This document shows, piece after piece, positions 25,331 to 37,620 of a DNA stretch of 64,000 nt (position 1 is the first letter of the stretch; each line of letters opens with the position of its first letter). Origin of the DNA: Pristiophorus japonicus. Its lineage: Eukaryota. Below the pieces are notes generated by a model. It worked only from the letters and a program-made list of their open reading frames with translations. It had not been told where the DNA came from and ran no database searches. The stretch covers positions 96,720,001 through 96,784,000 of the forward strand of contig NC_091995.1 in the NCBI RefSeq assembly GCF_044704955.1, in the 5' to 3' direction. The translations under genes were made by a program, and so were the position numbers.

Positions 25331-25379
25331 CCCGCCATGGGGCAAATCGGGGCAGAGGTTGTAGTCTGAAATTGTTCAA

Positions 25380-28300
25380 CTGGATTACCTCGAGACTTGA
25401 CCATTCCAACACACTCCTGGCCGGCCTCCCACATTCTACCCTCCGTAAACTCGAGGTGATCCAAAACTCGGCTGACCCGTGTCCTAACTCGCACCCAGTC
25501 CCACTCACCCATCACCCCCTGTGCTCACTGCCCCATGTCCTAACTCACATCCAGTCCCACTCACCCATCACCCCCTGTGCTCACTGCCCCGTGTCCTAAC
25601 TCACACCCAGTCCCACTCACCCATCACCCCCTGTGCTCACTGCCCCGTGTCCTAACTCACACCCAGTCCCACTCACCCATCACCCCCTGTGCTCACTGAC
25701 CCCGTGTCCTAACTCACACCCAGTCCCACTCACCCATCACCCCCTGTGCTCACTGCCCCCGTGACCTAACTCACACCCAGTCCCACTCACCCATCACCCC
25801 CTGTGCTCACTGCCCCGTGTCCTAACTCGCACCCAGTCCCACTCACCCATCACCCCCTGTGCTCACTGTCCCCGTGTCCTAACTCACACCCAGTCCCACT
25901 CACCCATCACCCCCTGTGCTCACTGCCCCGTGTCCTAACTCACACCGAGTCCCACTCACCCATCACCCCCTGTGCCCCATGTCCTAACTCACACCTAGTC
26001 CCACTCACCCATCACCCCCTGTGCTCACTGCCCCATGTCCTAACTCACACCGAGTCCCGCTCACCCATCACCCCCTGTGCTCACTGCCCCATGTCCTAAC
26101 TCACATCCAGTCCCACTCACCCATCACCCCCTGTGCTCACTGCCCCGTGTCCTAACTCACACCCAGTCCCACTCACCCATCACCCCCTGTGCTCACTGCC
26201 CCATGTCCTAACTCACACCCAGTCCCACTCACCCATCACCCCCTGTGCTCACTGACCCCGTGTCCTAACTCACACCCAGTCCCACTCACCCATCACCCCC
26301 TGTGCTCACTGCCCCCGTGACCTAACTCACACCCAGTCCCACTCACCCATCACCCCCTGTGCTCACTGCCCCGTGTCCTAACTCGCACCCAGTCCCACTC
26401 ACCCATCACCCCCTGTGCTCACTGTCCCCGTGTCCTAACTCACACCCAGTCCCACTCACCCATCACCCCCTGTGCTCACTGCCCCGTGTCCTAACTCACA
26501 CCGAGTCCCACTCACCCATCACCCCCTGTGCCCCATGTCCTAACTCACACCTAGTCCCACTCACCCATCACCCCCTGTGCTCACTGCCCCATGTCCTAAC
26601 TCACACCGAGTCCCGCTCACCCATCACCCCCTGTGCTCACTGCCCCATGTCCTAACTCACACCCAGTCCCACTCACCCATCACCCCCTGTGCCCCATGTC
26701 CTAACTCACACCCAGTCCCACTCACCCATCACCCCTGTGCTCACTGCCCCGTGTCCTAACTCACACCCAGTCCCACTCACCCATCACCCACTGTGCTCAC
26801 TGACCCCGTGTCCTAACTCACACCCAGTCCCACTCACCCATCACCCCCTGTGCTCACTGCCCCCGTGTCCTAACTCACACCCAGTCCCACTCACCCATCA
26901 CCCCCTGTGCCCCGTGTCCTAACTCACACCCAGTCCCACTCACCCATCACCCCCTGTGCTCACTGACCCCGTGTCCTAACTCACACCCAGTCCCACTCAC
27001 CCATCACCCCCTGTGCCCCATGTCCTAACTCACACCCAGTCCCACTCACCCATCACCCCCTGTGCTCACTGCCCCCGTGTCCTAACTCGCACCAAGTCCC
27101 ACTCACCCATCACCCACTGTGCTCACTGACCCCGTGTCCTAACTCACACCCAGTCCCACTCACCCATCACCCCCTGTGCTCACTGCCCCCGTGTCCTAAC
27201 TCACACCCAGTCCCACTCACCCATCACCCCCTGTGCCCCATGTCCTAACTCACACCCAGTCCCACTCACCCATCACCCCCTGTGCTCACTGCCCCCGTGT
27301 CCTAACTCGCACCAAGTCCCACTCACCCATCACCCCCTGTGCTCACTGACCCCGTGTCCTAACTCACACCCAGTCCCACTCACCCATCACCCCCTGTGCT
27401 CACTGCCCCGTGTCCTAACTCACACCCAGTCCCACTCACCCATCACCCCCTGTGCTCACTGCCCCGTGTCCTAACTCACACCCAGTCCCACTCACCCATC
27501 ACCCCCTGTGCTCACTGCCCCGTGTCCTAACTCACACCCAGTCCCACTCACCCATCACCCCCTGTGCTCACTGCCCCGTGTCCTAACTCACACCCAGTCC
27601 CACTCACCCATCACCCCCTGTGCTCACTGCCCCGTGTCCTAACTCACACCCAGTCCCACTCACCCATCACCCCCTGTGCTCACTGATCCCGTGTCCTAAC
27701 TCACACCCAGTCCCACTCACCCATCACCCCCTGTGCCCTGTGTCCTAACTCACACCAAGTCCCATTTACCCATCACCCCCTGTGCTCATTGCCCCGTGTC
27801 CTAAATCACACCAAGTCCCATTCACCCATCACCCCCTGTGCTCACTGCCCCGTGTCCTAACTCACACCCAGTCCCACTCACCCATCACCCCCTGTGCTCA
27901 CTGACCACGTGTCCTAACTCGCACCGAGTCCCGCTCACCCATCACTCCCTGTGCTCACTGCCCCATGTCCTAACTCACACCGAGTCCCGCTCACCCATCA
28001 CCCCCTGTGCTCACTGCCCCATGTCCTAACTCACACCCAGTCCCACTCACCCATCACCCCCTGTGCTCACTGACCACGTGTCCTAACTCACACCTAGTCC
28101 CACTCACCCATCACCCCCTGTGCTCACTGCCCCGTGTCCTAACTCACACCCTGTCCCACTCACCCATCTCCCCCTGTGCTCACTGACCCCGTGTCCTAAC
28201 TCACACCCAGTCCCACTCACCCATCACCCCCTGTGCTCGCTGCCCCGTGTCCTAACTCACATCGAGTCCCACTCACCCATCACCCCCTGTGCTCACTGCC

Positions 28301-29680
28301 CCGTGTCCTAACTCGCACCGAGTCCCACTCACCCATCACCCCCTGTGCCCCGTGTCCTAACTCACACCCAGTCCCGCTCACCCATCACCCCCTGTGCTCA
28401 CTGCCCCGTGTCCTAACTCACACCCAGTCCCGCTCACCCATCACCCCCTGTGCTCACTGCCCCGTGTCCTAACTCACACCCAGTCCCGCTCACCCATCAC
28501 CCCCTGTGCTCACTGACCCCGTGTCCTAACTCGCACCGAGTCCCGCTCACCCATCACCCCCTGTGCTCATTGCCCGTGTCCTAACTCTTACCGAGTCCCA
28601 CTCACCCATCACCCCCTGTGCTCGCTGCCCCGTGTCCTAACTCACACCCAGTTCCACTCACCCATCACCCCCTGTGCTCATTGCCCCGTGTCCTAACTCT
28701 CACCGAGTCCCACTCACCCATCACCCCCTGTGCTCGCTGCCCCGTGTCCTAACTCACACCCAGTCCCACTCACCCATCACCCCCTGTGCTCGCTGTCCCC
28801 GTGTCCTAACTCGCACCGAGTCCCGCTCACCCATCACCCCCTGTGCTCATTGCCCCGTGTCCTAACTCTCACCGAGTCCCACTCACCCATCACCCCCTGT
28901 GCTTGCTGCCCCGTGTCCTAACTCACACCCAGTCCCAATCACCCATCACCCCCTGTGCTCATTGCCCCGTGTCCTAACTCACATCCAATCCCACTCACCC
29001 ATCACCCCCTGTGCTCACTGCCCCGTGTCCTAACTCACACCGAGTCCCGTTCACCCATCACCCCCTGTGCTCATTGCCCCGTGTCCTAACTCACACCCAG
29101 TCCCACTCACCCATCACCCCCTGTGCTCACTGCCCCGTGTCCTAACTCACACCGAGTCCCGTTCACCCATCACCCCCTGTGCTCACTGCCCCGTGTCCTA
29201 ACTCACACCCAGTCCCACTCACCCATCATCCCCTGTGCTCACTGATCCCGTGTCCTAACTCACACCGAGTCCCACTCACCCATCACCCCCTGTGCTCACT
29301 GAACTACATTGGTTCCCGGTCTAGCAACGCCTCGATTTCAAAATTCTCATCCTTGTTTACAAATCCCTCCATGGCCCTCGCCCCTCCCTATCTCTGTAAC
29401 CTCCAGCCCCACAACCCCCCCGAGATGTCTGCGCTCCTCTAATTCTGCCCTCCTGACCATCCCTGGTTATAATCGCTCCACCATTGGTGGCCGTGCCTTC
29501 TGTTACCTAGGCCCCAAGCTCTGGAATGCCTCTCTAGCCTCCTTCAAGACATTCCTTAAAAACTACCTCTTTGACCCAGCTTTTGGTCACATCACTTCTA
29601 CTTATGTGGCTTGGTGTCAAATTTTTATCACATAATACTCCTGTGAAGCACCGTGGGACATTGCACTACATTAAAGACGA
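25380..29680 (+). mobile_element. L2-type LINE 3' fragment carrying a ~3.8 kb internal tandem expansion
   Basis: L2-like coding (ITSRLDHSNTLLAGLPHSTLRKLEVIQNSA) precedes the array and L2-like sequence resumes at ~29300 (CTACATTGGTTCCCGG). Confidence 0.75.
25475..29300 (+). repeat. ~56-bp minisatellite (CCCGTGTCCTAACTCACACCCAGTCCCACTCACCCATCACCCCCTGTGCTCACTG)
   Basis: About 70 units, with shorter deletion variants and a 556-bp higher-order duplication (25803 vs 26359). Confidence 0.97.
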
Positions 29681-29689
29681 TAAGTTGTT

Positions 29690-30084
29690 GTTGATCTTGA
29701 GTCCAGAAGGCTGTAAAGTGCCTGATCAGAAGATGAGGTGCTGTTCCTCGAACTTATATTGAGGTTCATTGGAATAGTGTGAGAGGCCAAGGACGTAGAG
29801 GTCAGTGAGGAAGAGACACAGAGAATTAAAGTGACACGCTTGCGGACGGAACCCTGAACGGAGGTGTTCCGCAAAGCAGTCACCCAATCTGCGTTTGGTC
29901 TCCACAATCCAGAGGAGACCACAGCGTGAGCAGCGAATACAGTATACTAAATTGGAAAAAGTCCAAGTGAATCGCTGTGTCACTTGGAAGGGGTGTTTGG
30001 GGCTCTGGACGGTGGGATGGGAGGCAGTAAAAGGGCAGGTGTTACATCTCCTGCGCTCGCACGAGAGGGTCCTGTGGGAGGTGC
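29690..30084 (-). mobile_element. Penelope-like element fragment (GIY-YIG endonuclease), continuing at ~35289-35370 and ~35820-36455
   Basis: NLVYCIRCSRCGLLWIVETKRRLGDCFAEHLRS resembles the Penelope GIY-YIG domain. Split by later CR1 and SINE insertions. Confidence 0.75.
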
Positions 30085-30105
30085 GTCGGAGAGGCAGGAG
30101 TCGGA

Positions 30106-30545
30106 GCGGCAGCGGCCTATAAAAGGCCCAGCAGTTCGGGGACCAGCGAGGTGAGTCGGAGGTCGGAGGTCAGTCGGTGCGGCAGCGGCCTATAAAAGGC
30201 CCAGCAGTTCGGGGACCAGCGAGGTGAGTCGGAGGTCGGAGGTCAGTCGGTGCGGCAGCGGCCTATAAAAGGCCCAGCAGTTCGGGGACCAGCGAGGTGC
30301 GTCGGAGGTCGGAGGTCAGTCGGTGCGGCAGCGGCCTATAAAAGGCCCAGCAGTTCGGGGACCAGCGAGGTGCATCGGAGGTCGGAGGTCAGTCGGTGCG
30401 GCAGCGGCCTATAAAAGGCCCAGCAGTTCGGGGACCAGCGAGGTGCGTCGGAGGTCGGAGGTCAGTCGGTGCGGCAGCGGCCTATAAAAGGCCCAGCAGT
30501 TCGGGGACCAGCGAGGTGTGTCGGAGGTCGGAGGTCAGTCAGTGC
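30106..30545 (+). repeat. 73-bp monomer array in the CR1 5' UTR, each unit with GGCCTATAAAAGGCC
   Basis: TATAAAA at 30118, 30191, 30264, 30337, 30410 and 30483. Confidence 0.95.
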
Positions 30546-30728
30546 AGCTGCGGCAGGGAGGCAAAAAAGAAGTAAAAAGAAATCGAAAGGTGACGTCACA
30601 GCCAAGGGGGTAAGTGATTGGCTGGTGATTGGTGAGTAGTTTTTCTTTTTCTTTTCTTTATCAGTAAGTAACCTTTAGCATTATTGTTACCAAATTAATT
30701 TAATCTAAGGGTAGGAGAGCTCAGACAC

Positions 30729-31655
30729 GTGTTATGCTCCTCCTGTACTATGTGGGAACTCAGGGACGCTTCCGGTGTCCCTGACGACTACGTGTGCGGG
30801 AAGTGTATACGCCTCCAGCTCCTGACAGACCACATGGCGGAACTGGAGCTGAGGGTGGATTCACTCTGGAACATCCACGATGCTGAGAATGACGTGAATA
30901 GCACGTTTAGTGAGTTGGTCTTACCGCAGGTAAAGGGTACACAGTCAGATAGTAAATGGGTGACCAGCAGGAAGAGCAGTTCAAGGAAGGTAGTGCAGGG
31001 GTCCCCTGTGGTCACCCCCCTGCAAAACAGATACACCGCTTTGGGTACTGTTGAGGGGGATGACTCATCAGGGGAGGGCAGCAGCAGCCAAGTTCATGGC
31101 ACCGTGGGTGGCTCTGCTGCACAGGAGGGCAGGAAAAAGAGTGGGAGAGCTATAGTGATAGGGGATTCAATTGTAAGGGGAATAGATAGGCGTTTCTGCG
31201 ACCGCAACCGAGACTCCAGGATGGTATGTCGCCTCCCTGGTGCAAGGGTCAAGGATGTCTCGGAGTGGGTGCAGGACATTCTAGAAAGGGAGAGTGAACA
31301 GCCAGTTGTCGTGGTGCATATAGGTACCAACAATATAGATAAAAAACGGGATGAGGTCCTACGAGACGAATTTAGGGAGCTTGGAGTTAAATTAAAAAGT
31401 AGGACCTCAAAAGTAGTAATCTCAGGATTGCTACCAGTGCCACGTGCTAGTCAGAGTAGGAATCGCAGGATAGCTCAGATGAATACGTGGCTTGAGCAGT
31501 GGTGCAGCAGGGAGGGATTCAAATTCCTGGGGCATTGGAACCGGTTCTGGGGGAGGTGGGACCAGTACAAACTGGATGGTCTGCACCTGGGCAGGACCGG
31601 AACCAATGTCCTAGGGGGAGTGTTTGCTAGTGCTGTTGGGGAGGAGTTAAACTAA
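30729..31655 (+). CDS. CR1 ORF1 protein (Cys-rich N-terminus + SGNH esterase-like domain); start uncertain
   Basis: CxxC...CxxC, VIGDSIVR, LPGA, VHIGTNN and DGLHL motifs; 308 open codons. Confidence 0.8.
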   Translation: MLCSSCTMWELRDASGVPDDYVCGKCIRLQLLTDHMAELELRVDSLWNIHDAENDVNSTFSELVLPQVKGTQSDSKWVTSRKSSSRKVVQGSPVVTPLQNRYTALGTVEGDDSSGEGSSSQVHGTVGGSAAQEGRKKSGRAIVIGDSIVRGIDRRFCDRNRDSRMVCRLPGARVKDVSEWVQDILERESEQPVVVVHIGTNNIDKKRDEVLRDEFRELGVKLKSRTSKVVISGLLPVPRASQSRNRRIAQMNTWLEQWCSREGFKFLGHWNRFWGRWDQYKLDGLHLGRTGTNVLGGVFASAVGEELN

Positions 31656-33257
31656 TATGGCAGGGGGATGGGAACCTTTGCAGGGAGACAGAGGGGAATA
31701 AAATGGAGACAGAAGCAAAAGATAGAAAGGAGAATAGTAAAAGTGGAGGGCAGAGAAACCCAAGGCAAAAAACAAAAAGGGCCACTTTACAGCAAAATTC
31801 TAAAGAGTCAAAATGTGTTAAAAAGACAAGCCTGAAGGCTCTGAGCCTCAATGCAAGGAATATTCAGAATAAGGTGGACAAATTAACTGCGCAGACAGCA
31901 GTTAACGGATATGATGTAATTGGCATCACGGAGACATGGCTCCAGGGTGACCAAGGCTGGGAACTCAACATCCAGGGGTATTCAGCATTTAGGAAGGATA
32001 GACAGAAAGGAAAAGGAGGCGGGGTGGCGTTGCTGGTTAAAGAGGAAATTAATGCAATAGTAAGGAGGGACATTAGCTTGGATGATGTGGAATCGGTATG
32101 GGTGGAGCTGCGGAATACCAAAGGACAGAAAACGCTAGTGGGAGTTGTGTACAGACCACCAAACTGTAGTAGTGAGGTTGGGAACAGCATCAAACAAGAA
32201 ATAAGGGATGTGTACAATACAGGTACAGCAGTAATCATAGATAACTTTAATCTACATATTGATTGGGTTAACCAAACTGGTAGCAATGCGGTGGAGGAGG
32301 ATTTCCTGGAGTGTATAACGGATGGTTTTCTAGACCAATATGTCGAGGAACCAACTAGAGAGCTGGCCATCCTAGACTGGATGATGTGTAATGAGAGAGA
32401 ATTAATTAGCAATCTTGTTGTGCGAGGCCCCTTGGGGAAGAGTGACCATAATATGGTAGAATTCTTCATTAAGATGGAGAGTGACACAGTTAATTCAGAA
32501 ACTAGGGTCCTGAACTTAAGGAAAGGTAACTTCGATGGTATGAGACGTCAATTGGCTAGATTAGACTAGCAAATGATACTTAAAGGGTTGACGGTGGATA
32601 GGCAATGGCAAATCTTTAAAGATCACATGGATGAACTTCAACAATTGTACATCCCTGTCTGGAGTAAAAATAAAACGGGGAAAGTGGCTCAACCGTGGCT
32701 AACAAGGGAAATTAAGGATAGTGTTAAATCCAAGGAAGAGGCATACAAATTAGCCAGAAAAAGCAACAAACCTGAGAACTGGGAGAAATTGAGAATTCAG
32801 CAGAGGAGGACAAAGGGTTTAATTAAGAGGGGGAAAATAGAGTACGAGAGGAAGCTTGCCGGAAACATAAAAACTGACTGCAAAAGCTTCTATAGGTATG
32901 TGAAGAGAAAAAGATTAGTGAAGACAAACGTAGGTCCCTTGCAGTCAGATTCAGGTGAACAAAGAAATGGCAGACCAATTGAACATGTACTTCGGTTCTG
33001 TCTTCACAAAGGAAGGCACAAATAACCTTCCAGATGTACTAGGGGACCGGATGTCTAGTGAGAAGGAGGAACTGAAGGATATCCTTATTAGGTGGGAAAT
33101 TGTGTTAGGGAAATTGATGGGATTGAAGGCCGATAAATCCCCAGGGCCTGATAGTCTGCATCCCAGAGTACTTAAGGAAGTGGCCCTCGAAATAGTGGAT
33201 GCATTGGTGATAATTTTCCAACAGTCTATCGACTCTGGATCAGTTCCTATGGACTGG

Positions 33258-33617
33258 TGATAGAGAATTCAAACAGGCTGCATTTAGACAGGCTGTGAAA
33301 ATTCACAGACAACAAATCAGAGATGCTACGTGAGTGGTAGCCTGTTGCATTAAGTTATCAATCAACTTGACATTTTAGGACCCTTGGGTAGTGAGCCAAT
33401 TAAAAGGTTAAAAGACTATTAATTGAGCCAATAAGGTCAAAGAAGGCGAGTTCTTTTCTGTAAATTGATCCAGGTATAAGTACAGCCATTTTGACCATGT
33501 GGTCTCAGAAGGACAAAGACCTCGCTTAAAGCCAAGAGCTTTTTACAGCTGCCAAAAATAAAGAAATTAAAACTACAATTGGAATTCGTATTTCATTGGG
33601 AATTAAGAGATCTAACA
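33258..33617 (+). mobile_element. Solo LTR (360 bp) inserted in CR1 ORF2
   Basis: TGATAGA...TCTAACA termini; 5-bp TSD ACTGG (33253-33257, 33618-33622); two CCAAT boxes, TATAAG and AATAAA in order. Confidence 0.85.
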
Positions 33618-35379
33618 ACTGGAGGGTTGCTAATGTAACACTACTTTTTAAAAAAGGAGGGAGAGAGAAAACGGATAATTATAGATCGGTTAGCCTGACA
33701 TCAGTAGTGGGGAAAATGTTGGAATCAATCATAAGGATGAAATAGCAGCGCATTTGGAAAGCAGTGATAGGATTGGTCCAAGTCAGCATGGATTTATGAA
33801 AGGAAAATCATGCTTGACAAATCTTCTGGAATTTTTTGAGGATGTAACTAGTAGAGTGGACAAGGGAGAACCAGTAGATGTGGTGTATTTGGACTTTCAA
33901 AAGGCTTTTGACAAGGTCCCACACAAGAGATTGGTGTGCAAAATTAAAGCACATGGAATTGGGGGTAATGTACTGACATGGATAGACAACTGGTTGGCAG
34001 ACAGGAAGCAGAGAGTCGGGATAAACGGGTTCTTTTCAGAACGGCAGGCAGTGACTAGTGGAGTGACACTAAACTGGGTGGCGGTGTGAGCTGTGAGGAG
34101 GATGCTAAGAGGCTGCAGGCTGACTTGGACAGGTTAGGCGAGTGGGCAAATACATGGCAGATGCAGTATAATGTGGATAAATGTGAGGTTATCCACGTTG
34201 GGGGCAAAAACACGAAGGCAGAATATTATCTGAATGGTGGCAGATTAGCAAACAGGGAGGTGCAACGAGACCTGGGTGTCATGGTACATCAGTCATTGAA
34301 AGTTGGCATGCAGGTACAGCAGGCAGTGAAGAAGGGAAATGGTATGTTGGCCTTCATAGCAAGGGGATTTGAGTATAGGAGCAGGGAAGTCTGACAGCAG
34401 TTGTACAGGGCCTTGGTGAGGCCTCACCTGGAACATTGTGTTCAGTTTTGGTCTCCTAATCTGAGGAAGGATGTTCTTGCTATTGAGGGAGTGCAGCGAA
34501 GGTTCACCAGACTGATTCCAGGGATGGCGGGACTGACATATGAGGAGAGACTGGATCGACTGGGCCTTTATACACTGGAGTTTAGAAGGATGAGAGGGGA
34601 TCTCATAAAAACATATAAGATTCTGATGGGACTGGACAGGTTAGATGCGGGAAGAATGTTCCCGATGTTGGGGAAGTCCAGAACAGTGTAAGGATAAGGG
34701 GTAAGCCATTTAGGACTGAGATGAGGAGAAACCTCTTCACTCAGAGAGTTGTTAACCTGTGGAATTCTCTACCGCAGAGAGTTGTTGATGTCAGTTCATT
34801 GGATATATTCAAGAGGGAGTTAGATATGGCCCTTATGGCTAAAGGGATCAAGTGGTATGGGGAGAAAGTAGGAAAGGGGTACTGAAGGAATGATCAGCCA
34901 TGATCTTATTGAATGGTGGTGCAGGCTCGAAAGGCCTTATGGCCTACTCCTGCACCTATTTTCTATGATGTTGGGGAAGTCCAGAACCAGGGGACATAGT
35001 CTAAGGATAAGGGGTAAGCCATTTACGACCAAGATGAGGAGAAACTTCTTCACTCAGAGAGTTTTGGGCATGTGGAATTCTCTACCACAGAAAGTTGTTG
35101 AGGATAGTTCGTTAGATATATTCAAAAGGGAGTTAGATATGGCCCTCACGGCTAAAGGGATCAAGGGGTATGGAGAGAAAGCAGGAATGGGGTACTGAAA
35201 TGCATGATCAGCCATGAACTTATTGAATGGTGGTGCAGGCTTGAAGGGCTGAATGGCCTACTCCTGCACCTAGTTTCTATGTTTCTATAAAGGGGTGGGG
35301 TGCTGGGGATGATTGAGGAATGGGCTAGGATGTCGCAGAGGGAGCGGTCCCTACAGAATGCTGAAAGAGGAAAAAGGAA

Positions 35380-35820
35380 GAAAGAATTGCATTTATATAG
35401 TGCCTTTCACGATCACCGGATGTCTCTAAAGCGCTTTACAGCCAATGAAGTACTTTTGGAGTGTAGTCACTGTTGTAATGTGGGAAACGTGGCAGCCAAT
35501 TTGCGCACAGCAAGCTCCCACACACAGCAATGTGATAATGACCAGATAATCTGTTTTGTTATGTTGATTGAGGGATAAATACTGACCCCAGGACACCGGG
35601 GAGAAATCCCTGCCCTTCTTTGAAAAAGTGCCATGGGATATTTTACTTCCACTTGAGAGAGCAGACGGGGCTTCGGTTTAACATCTCATCCGAAAAACGG
35701 CACCTCCGACAGTGCTGCGCTCCTCAATACTGCACCGGAATGTCGGCCTAGATTTTTTGTGCTCAAGTCCCTGGAGTGAGACTTGAACCCACACCTTCTG
35801 ACTCAGAGGCAAGAGTGCCT
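35380..35820 (-). mobile_element. tRNA-derived SINE
   Basis: Minus-strand box-B-like GGTTCAAGTC. Body similar to the copies near 8100, 37195 and 48340. Confidence 0.75.
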
Positions 35821-37194
35821 TTGCTGAGGACTGATCGTTTGGGGTCAGAGAGGAGAAGTCAGAGGGGATAGTGAAAACACGGCAGGGGGTGAGATTGCAA
35901 GAAGGGATGGGGTCAGAGGGCAGTGAACTGGAAGAAGGTTCCGGAGGAGCATTGGTGTCCAAGAGTTGTTGAAGCTTGCGATCCTTGACCCCTGAAAGAA
36001 GATAAAAGTTTTTTGTTGAAGTGCCGGATGAAGCGAAGGATGAAATGAAACTGTGACAGCTCGGAGATAGAGTGAGTTGGTGCTGCTGAAGGGAGAGGTG
36101 GAGAGGTGGCACATTGTGTTGATTGGAGCCCAGGATGTGGTGGTTCGAGGAACGCTAATATCTCGGAGATATCTGCAATCCTGGGTGGATCCAAAACATC
36201 AAGGGTGCACTTCCAGTTGAAATCCATGTGGAATAGATCGAAATTGTTGCTGAGGAACTGTCATTTAATCTCTCCGGCCTTGCACCCTATCACAGACCTT
36301 CCCGTTTGTTCTTTACCCGCCTCCGCACTTGTCACATCTCTAACTTTTTCTAATTCTAATGAAAGAGCATCGAGCTGAAACGTTAAGTCTCTCTCTCTCT
36401 CTCCACAGATGCTGCCTGACCCGCTGAGTGTTTCCAGCACTTTGTGTTTTTATTTACTTGATTTCAGTTGGCTGAATGCAGTTTCAGTCTCGGGCATTAA
36501 ACTGGTGCTGCCCCTCAGGAAAAAAAGTTCACATTTGTTTTTATAATCACTTCCTGCATGTTAAAACTTGTGAAATAATTAACAGGAAGTGTGAGCTGCA
36601 TACATCTGAACTGTGACCGCATCTCAAACAAAAGTACTTGATTGGTGGAGAGGGGCTTTGGGACGTCCTGAGAATGTGCAAGGTGCGAGATAAATAAACA
36701 TCTTTGTTTCGTTCTACTTGTTCCAGACCAGATAACCTGGCTCTGGTGCTGTTGTCTGTAAGGTGCAGGGCAGGGGCACTCTGAGCAGAGGCTGAATAGC
36801 TTGTCGAGCACGGCCTGCAGAGTCTGGGACAGTCTAACGGAGTCAGTGCAGGAGTCACTGTGTACTGAAGCCAAGATGGCAATGGAGACTGCAGGAACTC
36901 AGCAGGGATTGGGTAAGATTAATGTTCTTTGTTGTGTGTTTATATATCGTCTTATCACATCACAGAAACATTTCAGGAAAATCTACTCAATGTGAAGCAG
37001 GCTTATGACTCTGTTCACATCGCAGACAGAGAAAATCTTAGCAAGCATGCTACAGAACATTTTGAAAGCGCAATGACTGATATAATGTGGAGAAACGTGG
37101 CACAGTAAGATCTCACAGACAGGGGTGAGCTGTTAACCTGTAATAGGCCCGGCGGAAATAGAAAACCAGGGACAAGAAAAGCAACGTGTGACAG

Positions 37195-37620
37195 TAAAGT
37201 GTTGATATCAGCTTGGCTCAGTGGTAACATTCTCGCCTCCAAGTCAGAAGGTGGGTTCAATGTATGCGGACACTTCAGTGCAGTACTGAGGGAGTGTTGC
37301 ACTGTCGAAGGACCCTCATCCGTTAAACTGTGTCTGTCTGTTCAGGTGGATGTAAACAATCCAACAATTCAAAGGGGAGCAGGGGAGTTGCTCCACTCTC
37401 CTGGTGTCCTGTCCATCTCAAAACCAACAGATTTACTGCTCATTTACCTTGGCGCTGTTTATAGGAGCTTTCTGTGTGCAATTTGGCTGCTGCCTTTCCT
37501 ATGTGACGCAACCTATATTTATCTAGTGCCTTAAACATTAAAACAATCTCAAAGCTGCATTTCAAAGCAATTCATTGTGTGTGAAGCACTTTGGGTCGGT
37601 CTGAAGACATGGAACAAACG
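37195..37620 (+). mobile_element. Degenerate tRNA-derived SINE
   Basis: TGGCTCAGTGGTA box A and GGGTTCAA box B; body similar to the other SINE copies. Confidence 0.65.

Larger units (their letters stand above)
30085..35287 (+). mobile_element. Near full-length CR1 LINE: repeated 5' UTR, ORF1, disrupted ORF2, duplicated 3' tail
   Basis: ORF1 30729-31655; APE 31703-32569; RT pieces with stops and loss of the RT core near 34063; 3' end repeated at ~34965-35287. Confidence 0.93.

Noticed and set aside
30106-30545. Regularly spaced repeats resembling a repeat-spacer array
   Set aside because: Whole 73-bp units are near-identical; they are the CR1 5' UTR.
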